From positions 1-15,513 of the forward strand of contig JBDKRC010000273.1 in assembly GCA_039683575.1 (NCBI GenBank): DNA of 15,513 bases. The letters run 5' to 3'. Shown piece after piece: positions 1-6,584 of the stretch. Every line of letters starts with the position of its first letter. Positions within the stretch are counted from its first letter, which is position 1. This DNA comes from Armatimonadia bacterium (lineage in GTDB: Bacteria; Armatimonadota; Zipacnadia; Zipacnadales; UBA11051). Under the pieces are notes generated by a model that searched no databases, was not told where the DNA came from, and was given only the letters and a program-made list of their open reading frames with translations. A program made the position numbers and the translations under genes.

Positions 1-2670
1 TATGGCGTGCCGCACTGCATGCGCAGCCTCGATGGCAACCCCCTGCGCCTTGGCGGCGCTACTTACATCCACGGCGTCGGCACCCACGCGCCCAGCAGCT
101 TCACCCTCGACACCTACGTCGGCGCGCGCTTCGCCCGCTTCGTCGCCGATGTCGGCGTCGATGACGAGGTGCCGCAGTCTGGATCGGTGCAGTTTCAGGT
201 GTGGCTGGATGGCAAGCAGGCCGCACAGAGCCCCGTCATGAAGAGCGGCGGCGGGGCGCACCGGATGGACGTGGACTGCACCGGGGCGGCGCAGATCGAG
301 CTGCGCGTGACCGACGGCGGCGATGGGATCAAGTGCGACCACGCGGATTGGGCCGGGGCGATGCTGTTCGCCGCGCCGCCGCCGGAGACGATTATCTTCG
401 ACAACTTCAACGGTGGCCTGAGCGACAAGTGGCACGCCACGGGCACGGCCTTCAGCCACATGTCCTGGCAAAACCCTGACCTGTTCCCCGACCAGGACCT
501 CCCGTGGCGCGGGGCCATCGTCGGCATCGAGGGCGCCGGCTTCGTCAACACCAGCAACCCGACGGACCAACTCAGGGCGACGGGCAAGGCGATCTCGCCG
601 GAGTTCACGATCAAGCTGCCCTACATCCACGTGAAGGTCGGCGGCTACCAGCTCCCGGAGGCGGCGGGCGTGCGCCTCGTGGTGGACGGTCAGCCCGTCC
701 GCACCGGCACCGGCATCGGCCGCAAAGACAACACTTTCAAGGGTCTCCACAAGCTCAAGCACGTGACGTGGGACGTGAGAGAGTTCACCGGCAAGACCGG
801 CCATATCGAGATCTACGACGACTCCGCCGAGAGCTTCGTGATGGTCGACTCCATCGTGTTCTCCAGCGACCCGGAGCCGCAGTATCTGGATATTCCCGAC
901 GTGGTGAAGATCGACCCGCAGGTGCAGGCGTGGTTGGAGGGGCTGGTCGCGCAGGAGCGGCGAAACGGTTCGGTTCCCGCGATCAGTTGCTGCATCGTGC
1001 GTGATGGGCAAGTCATGGCGATGGCAGTGCAGGGGGAAAGGAAGCTCGGTTCGGGAGTGAACGCGGAGTTGGGGGACGCTTTCCAGATGGGGTCCGTGTC
1101 TAAGACAGTCACGGCGACGGTCGCGGCGGCAATGATAGACGAGGGGGTAATGGACTGGACCACGACACTGGGCGATGTGTTCCCCGAACTGGCGCAAGCG
1201 AAGAACCCATTCAGGAATGTCAACGTGGTGCAACTGCTTTCACACACCAGCGGCATTCCCCAAAGCCACTTCCCCCCGCAATGGGCCGATATGTCTCTCA
1301 ATATACGATCCAGATACGCGCATTGGATCCAGGGGTACCTCAACCTGCCTCCACAGTTTCCGCCCGGCAACGCATACAAGTACTCGTGGGGACCGTTAGT
1401 TGTGGTCACGATGCTCTCGCGCCTGACGGGTCTGAGTTACGAGCAGATGATCCGGAAGTACCTCGTGGAGCCCCTCGGGCTGCAGAACACGACGGGTGTG
1501 ATGTCCGCCCGTGCCCAGGAAGACCCCGCAGTTGGCTTCGTGTGGCAGCACCGCGTTAGGGAAGGAAGGGTCACTGCGGGCGAACCCACAGGCTTCGGCC
1601 CTCCCGACGGCGATATGCATGGCCCCACCGGCGGCGTCAACATGTGCCCGCTCGATCAGGCACGGTTCATGATGGCTCACATGCCAGGCGTTCGGGCTCC
1701 ACGCCTGTTCACCAACGACACGATCGCAAAGCTCCACACGCCGGTCATGGACACGGGCGCCGGCGAAAGCTACTGCCTCGGGTGCTACACTCACCGCGAC
1801 CCCAAGGCGAAAGCTTTCGGGGCGGCCGTGCAGCATCATGGCTGGAACGGTGCAGCCAGCGCGCACACCTTCATCATCCCTGAAGCATCTTTCGGATACT
1901 CCGTTTGCTGTAACACCGGGGGAGCTCCGCCGGATGCCTATCCTGCGGCGCTCGATGGAGTGATTCTCGATAACCTGGGGCGGCTGATGGAGACGCCTTT
2001 TCGTCTGTCTATGGCGCGGATGACGCAATCGTTAGTTCTGCCGTCCGAATGCCCGGTCGGCTTGGCTCTCGCGGCGGAGGGCCGTGGGTTCTACAGCGAC
2101 TGGGCGAAGCACGAACTCCATTCCTTTGATACTGCGACCGGGGAGATCATATGGACGGCGCCGTTCCCGGATGAAGGGCCCGCCGATCTTGCCTTCGACG
2201 GCACGTCGCTTTGGGGCGGCGGCGAACGCACTCACACTCTCATACGGTTTGACCCGAAGAGCGGGGAGGTCCTCGGTCGCCTACCGACCGGCGACGTCTG
2301 CCCGAATGGTTTGGAGTATGCCGGTGGACGGATTTGGGTCGCGGACGTGCTTCGGGCAGAACTCACAGCCTTCTCCCCGCGCGACGGTTCCGTGGTTGGC
2401 CGCGTGACGCTGCCGCGGACGGGCCTCAACGGCCTCGCGTGGGACGGCCGCTACATGTGGGCCGGCCTAACCTTCGAGAAGGAGCTTGTTGCCCTTGACT
2501 TGCAGAGCGGCAAGATCGTATGCGAAGTCACTGTGCCCATCGCCGGCCGCGGTTGTCGCGGGCTGGAGTTCCGCGACGGCAAGTTCTGCCTTAATGAATG
2601 GGCGCCGCCCAGCCGCATGGACACCATCGAAGTCGGCCAGGAGACGTGGGACAAGCTGGGGCGAAAGTGA
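1..2670 (+). CDS. 5'-truncated multidomain serine hydrolase: NPCBM/NEW2 domain + levanase/GH32-associated beta-sandwich module + beta-lactamase class C/PBP-like (S12-type) domain + C-terminal 5-blade beta-propeller
   Basis: Frame 1 is open from base 1 (YGVPHCMRSLDGNPLRLGG...), so the true start is upstream. NPCBM signature at ~1-370 (GVGTHAPS, FVADVGVDD, GSVQFQVWLDG, LRVTDGGDGIKCDHADWA). Beta-sandwich at ~391-880 (ATGKAISPEFTI, PYIHVKVGG, VRLVVDG, WDVREFTGK). Hydrolase motifs: FQMGSVSK (SxxK 1093-1104), LLSHTSG, YKYSW (1375-1389), HHGWNG (1834-). Propeller repeats DLAFDGTSLW, GLEYAGGRIW, GLAWDGRYMW at ~2040-2640. Stop TGA ends at 2670. Confidence 0.88.
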   Translation, partial: YGVPHCMRSLDGNPLRLGGATYIHGVGTHAPSSFTLDTYVGARFARFVADVGVDDEVPQSGSVQFQVWLDGKQAAQSPVMKSGGGAHRMDVDCTGAAQIELRVTDGGDGIKCDHADWAGAMLFAAPPPETIIFDNFNGGLSDKWHATGTAFSHMSWQNPDLFPDQDLPWRGAIVGIEGAGFVNTSNPTDQLRATGKAISPEFTIKLPYIHVKVGGYQLPEAAGVRLVVDGQPVRTGTGIGRKDNTFKGLHKLKHVTWDVREFTGKTGHIEIYDDSAESFVMVDSIVFSSDPEPQYLDIPDVVKIDPQVQAWLEGLVAQERRNGSVPAISCCIVRDGQVMAMAVQGERKLGSGVNAELGDAFQMGSVSKTVTATVAAAMIDEGVMDWTTTLGDVFPELAQAKNPFRNVNVVQLLSHTSGIPQSHFPPQWADMSLNIRSRYAHWIQGYLNLPPQFPPGNAYKYSWGPLVVVTMLSRLTGLSYEQMIRKYLVEPLGLQNTTGVMSARAQEDPAVGFVWQHRVREGRVTAGEPTGFGPPDGDMHGPTGGVNMCPLDQARFMMAHMPGVRAPRLFTNDTIAKLHTPVMDTGAGESYCLGCYTHRDPKAKAFGAAVQHHGWNGAASAHTFIIPEASFGYSVCCNTGGAPPDAYPAALDGVILDNLGRLMETPFRLSMARMTQSLVLPSECPVGLALAAEGRGFYSDWAKHELHSFDTATGEIIWTAPFPDEGPADLAFDGTSLWGGGERTHTLIRFDPKSGEVLGRLPTGDVCPNGLEYAGGRIWVADVLRAELTAFSPRDGSVVGRVTLPRTGLNGLAWDGRYMWAGLTFEKELVALDLQSGKIVCEVTVPIAGRGCRGLEFRDGKFCLNEWAPPSRMDTIEVGQETWDKLGRK

Positions 2671-2833
2671 CAGCCATGGCCGAACGCGAGAAGATCGAAG
2701 CCGCGCTCAGCATTGACGGTTCGCGCGAATCCGCCGCCGTCAGCACTATCGGAGCGTCACCCTGCGCGACCACTGGGAGCAGGCTGCCGAACCCGCCGCC
2801 TCAGCCGCGCCAATCTTTCTCAAGGATCGAACT

Positions 2834-5800
2834 ATGGCTGTCCCGGCCGCCGTGCTCGCCGTGCTGCTGATCGTCTCGCTCGCTTGTGCACCCGCCCTCG
2901 CCGACGTCTTCTCCGACGCGGCTGCGGGCGATGTGGTGGCTGTGAAGGCGGCCATCGCGCAGAACCCCGGGCTGCTGAAGGCGACCGACCGGCAGTTCGG
3001 CGCCACGCTGTTGCACTTCGCTGCCTTCGCTGACAAGGGTGAAGTGGTGGCAATTCTGTTGGATGCGGGGTCGGATCCGGACAGCCGCAACCGGGATGGT
3101 CGCACGCCCCTGCACAATGCAGCGTTCGTCGGGGCTGACGATGTCGCCAAGCTGCTGCTAGCCAAAGCTGCCGATCCCTTCTGCCTGGACGGGCAGGAGC
3201 GGTCGCCCCGAGACTGGGCGGCAGCGAAAGCGCATCCCTCTACCGAAAGTCTGCTCGCCGACGCGGAGGCCGCAGTACTCATCGACACACGTGCCGGGCC
3301 GTGGAAGGCTGCGGCTGACGGCGATCTAGCTCTCGTCCTGGCGTACATCCGTCGCGGAGCCAACGTTGGGCTCGCCGGTCCGGATGGCTCCACTGCTCTC
3401 CACCATGCAGTCTCGGGGAACCACCTGGCAATCGTGGACGCACTTCTCGGCGCGGGTGTGGACGTCAATGCCCGCTCCAAGGCGGGGGCCACGGCTCTTC
3501 ATCTCGCGGCACAGCTGGCAGAGGTACAGCCGGTTGAGGTCTCCGACACCTCTGAAGTAGACAGTTTCTGCGCCTGGGGCCTCGCTCTCGGGAAGGATGC
3601 GGTCGTCTACTGTGGCGACTTCATCAGCAAAGAGTTGCTGTGGCTAAACAGAAATGACGGGACGGTCATTCAGCGGAAGCCCTTCGTAGACCAGTGTCAG
3701 GGCGATCTCGCATATGACGGACAGCATCTGTGGGCCCTCGGCACCCTGTCCCGCAGACTCTACAAGCTCGATCCGGACACTGGTGAGGTGCTCGCATCCT
3801 ACCCTCTGGACATCGCGCAGCCAGGTGGAATGGAATACCTGGATGGCGAGTTGTGGATCACGGACATCGAAGGGCCTGATCTCTGTGTCGTGTCGCCGGC
3901 CGACGGCCATCTCCTGCGTCGTGTTCCCGTCTCGGTCAGCCGCCTCTTTGGCCTGGCGTGGGATGGCCATTGCCTCTGGGCCGCCACGGCCTGGAATGAC
4001 AGGCTGATCGCGCTGGACCGGACCACCGGCAGGACGATCTGCGAACTGCGCGTGCCTCTGAGCGGTCAGGGCCTGCGCGGGATTCGGGGGCTTGAGTTCG
4101 ATGGCCGCCGTTTCTGGGCAGTTGAGTTTGGTGCACCCTCACCACGGATCTCCCTTCTCGAGATCAACGGCTCCGTACTGAGCGGCGTGCACGAAGCCGC
4201 ACGGACTCGTGGGGCGATGCCCCCAGTCAAGGAGCTGGCGGGTGGCTCGCGAGCGCTCGTCAGAAAGCTCATTCTCGCAGGTGCGGATCCTGCGCTGCTG
4301 GACGCACAGGGCCGGACGGCGCACCGTATCGCCGCCGACCGGGAGGATGTCGGAGCACTGATGGCTTTGGTTGACGCCGAAGCACAGTTCCTGGCGGCCA
4401 CGCTGCCGCGGCCAGCGCCGGACTTCACGCTGCCAGACCTCGACGGCAACAAAGTGTCACTGGCTTCGTTTCGGGGCAAGACTGTCGCTCTCTTCCTCTG
4501 GGGGCAGTCATACATAGACCCGAACAAGCTGTACGGATCGCTCGATGTGGCAGAGACGCTTGCCCAGTCTCCTGCAGCCAAGAAGGGAGATCTTGTGGTG
4601 CTCGTCTGCACCCGCGCGTCCCGTGACGAGGCGGCAAGACTGAGCCGAGAGCACGGCTTCACGTTCAAGGTACTTCTGGATCATACATCAGCCGTGCGCG
4701 TGAACTACCGCGCCATCGGTTGTGGTGTGATGCTGATCGATCCGGCAGGCCGGCTGGTGTGGCAGCGGCGGCTGGCGAACCAGTACACCGTCGCGCTGGC
4801 GCTTCGCCGCTTGGTCTCCGCCCCCTCGGCGCCACGCGATGCTGCGGCTCTGCCGACGGCCGCCGTAGCCGGTGGCAGTATCTGCGACTTTGAGCAGGGA
4901 CTGCGCGGCTGGACGCTGCGGGGAGATTGCTGGGGCGGCCAGCCCAGCGCCGACGCCAGCTATCCGGGACGCATGAAGGGCTACACGGGGAGGGCCTTCC
5001 TTTGCACCATGGGAGATCGTGCCCCCGCTGCCACGGGATTGGCCGTGTCGAGGCCCTTCACCATCACCTCCCCGTATATCCATTTCCTTGTTGGTGGCAC
5101 TGATGCCACCGACCACGCCTGCGTCGCGCTTGTCGTGGACGGGGTGGCGGCGCGTTCCGCAACCGGCGCGGATTCTGACGAGATGCTACCCGCTTGCTGG
5201 GACGTGAGGGATTTGGTGGGGCGCCAGGCTCATCTGGAGGTCATTGACGCGGGAGATGGCGATACCGACCTGTCATCCGGACATCCGGAGGGGCGGGACT
5301 ACCTGCTCTTGGATGACCTCCGTTTCTCGGAGAGCGCGGCCGTGCCTGCAGATTTTGCCCGCGGCTTCAATCCTGACGATCAGGTCATGGCTCGCCAAGT
5401 GGAACGACTTGCGCCGGACTACTACCAGCAGCTTCGCGCGGGTCGCGTCCATGCCGAATATGTGCCAGACCGCCGGGTGCACGTGCGCTCCGAGTACAAG
5501 GTCTCATGGCCGCAGGACGCACGTCATCTGAAGCTCACCCGGGCGTGTCCGCCCACCTTCGCCGGGCAGACGGTACACGCGGCCTCCTTTTCTCTCCGGC
5601 TGAACGGCCGCGAAATCCCAGGGCGGCGCATAAGGTCGATTCATCCGCTGGTTCCCGAGTCGTTCCTTTGTGAGGCTGATGTTCCGCCTGGAACGCCGCA
5701 TGAGGGCACTGCCATCTTCGAGGCCGACATGACGATGAACCGCCTCGCGCTCCTGCCGGGCCAGGGGCCGCGCGTCCAGGATCTCTCCCCGGAGGTCAGG

Positions 5801-6340
5801 CGCAAGCTTACCGAACCGCTGCACTCCTCGCTGGGAGAGCGTTATCGAAACTGGCTCCAGCAGGAGGGTCTGGTGCGCTGGCCCAATGAGGCGGACATGG
5901 CTTTCGTCTATCGCGCCCTGTGTTGGAACCAACGCGACTGCCGCTACACCTGGGACGTGTTCTGGGGCGGCCATCCCTCCACGGAAGCTGCACATTTCGG
6001 CTTTGTCCAGGGGAGAGCCGGCGACTGTCAGATGCTGGCGCAGACGCTCATCCATGCACTTCGGGCGAACGGAATACCGTCAACAGCCATGTGGGGCATC
6101 GGGCACGTCTGGGCTCTCATTTTCGTGCGGGATGTGGGCTGGGTGCGGGTGGATGACCCCGGCGCAGGACCGGGCTGGAACCACGGTCCTCTTTCGCCGG
6201 CGGATGGTCCTATCGGCAGGTCCGGGCCGCCGATCATGGACGTGCTGGATGGCGAAGACCCGCACGGGTGGAACACGATCGAGGGCGAGGTACCGAGCCA
6301 GATTGGAGTGCCCCTGGTTGCGATCACAGACCTGAAGTAG
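2834..6340 (+). CDS. Exported multidomain transglutaminase-like protein: signal peptide + ankyrin repeats + inserted beta-propeller + redoxin-like domain lacking CxxC + GH32-associated beta-sandwich + transglutaminase-like cysteine-protease domain
   Basis: 1168-aa ORF with AAGGA at 2822-2826 before the ATG. Hydrophobic N-terminus ending ALA|D. Ankyrin motifs GATLLHFAA, GRTPLHNAA, GSTALHHAV, GATALHLAA. Redoxin start PAPDFTLPDLDGNKVSLASFRGK at 4412. Transglutaminase core GDC (Cys 6026-6028), ALRANGIP, HVW (His 6104-6106), GWVRVD (Asp 6152-6154). Confidence 0.88.
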   Translation: MAVPAAVLAVLLIVSLACAPALADVFSDAAAGDVVAVKAAIAQNPGLLKATDRQFGATLLHFAAFADKGEVVAILLDAGSDPDSRNRDGRTPLHNAAFVGADDVAKLLLAKAADPFCLDGQERSPRDWAAAKAHPSTESLLADAEAAVLIDTRAGPWKAAADGDLALVLAYIRRGANVGLAGPDGSTALHHAVSGNHLAIVDALLGAGVDVNARSKAGATALHLAAQLAEVQPVEVSDTSEVDSFCAWGLALGKDAVVYCGDFISKELLWLNRNDGTVIQRKPFVDQCQGDLAYDGQHLWALGTLSRRLYKLDPDTGEVLASYPLDIAQPGGMEYLDGELWITDIEGPDLCVVSPADGHLLRRVPVSVSRLFGLAWDGHCLWAATAWNDRLIALDRTTGRTICELRVPLSGQGLRGIRGLEFDGRRFWAVEFGAPSPRISLLEINGSVLSGVHEAARTRGAMPPVKELAGGSRALVRKLILAGADPALLDAQGRTAHRIAADREDVGALMALVDAEAQFLAATLPRPAPDFTLPDLDGNKVSLASFRGKTVALFLWGQSYIDPNKLYGSLDVAETLAQSPAAKKGDLVVLVCTRASRDEAARLSREHGFTFKVLLDHTSAVRVNYRAIGCGVMLIDPAGRLVWQRRLANQYTVALALRRLVSAPSAPRDAAALPTAAVAGGSICDFEQGLRGWTLRGDCWGGQPSADASYPGRMKGYTGRAFLCTMGDRAPAATGLAVSRPFTITSPYIHFLVGGTDATDHACVALVVDGVAARSATGADSDEMLPACWDVRDLVGRQAHLEVIDAGDGDTDLSSGHPEGRDYLLLDDLRFSESAAVPADFARGFNPDDQVMARQVERLAPDYYQQLRAGRVHAEYVPDRRVHVRSEYKVSWPQDARHLKLTRACPPTFAGQTVHAASFSLRLNGREIPGRRIRSIHPLVPESFLCEADVPPGTPHEGTAIFEADMTMNRLALLPGQGPRVQDLSPEVRRKLTEPLHSSLGERYRNWLQQEGLVRWPNEADMAFVYRALCWNQRDCRYTWDVFWGGHPSTEAAHFGFVQGRAGDCQMLAQTLIHALRANGIPSTAMWGIGHVWALIFVRDVGWVRVDDPGAGPGWNHGPLSPADGPIGRSGPPIMDVLDGEDPHGWNTIEGEVPSQIGVPLVAITDLK
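2906..4384 (+). repeat. Two ~4-unit ankyrin-repeat cassettes within gene 2; the second is split by a propeller insertion
   Basis: Cassette A runs DVFSDAAAGD...SLLADAEA. Cassette B runs GPWKAAADGD...GATALHLAAQL, [insert ~3520-4240], GSRALVRKLILAGADP...MALVDAEA. Both end in LxDAEA. Confidence 0.8.
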
Positions 6341-6584
6341 ATGATCTTCAGCCGGCCCTGAAAGACCCAGATGCCAAGACTCTTGGTGCTGGTGCTACTC
6401 GCAAATGGGTGACCCATACCGGGTCAGTCTCCGTGGCCATAGCGCGAGCCTGTGCCCTGGCTTGTAGCAATCAGCTGGCTTAATTGGGAAGAGTCGCCCT
6501 GACAGACACAGTTGCGCCGCTGTCGGCGTACGAGTTGGCCTCTGGCGGCGCCGGAGCGCTCGGGCGCAATCTATGAGGTTCGAT

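Noticed and set aside
7-9. GTG at 7 as the start of gene 1
   Set aside because: The frame is open from base 1 and the sequence is already inside an NPCBM domain, so the gene starts upstream of the window.
960-1990. Antibiotic-resistance gene (ampC)
   Set aside because: The fold family is shared, but YxN and KTG are replaced (YSW, HHG) and the domain sits in a multidomain protein. No gene symbol is justified.
2876-2887. Lipoprotein lipobox in gene 2 (SLAC)
   Set aside because: The -3 residue is Ser rather than L/V/I, and an ALA|D signal peptidase I site follows. This is not excluded without SignalP.
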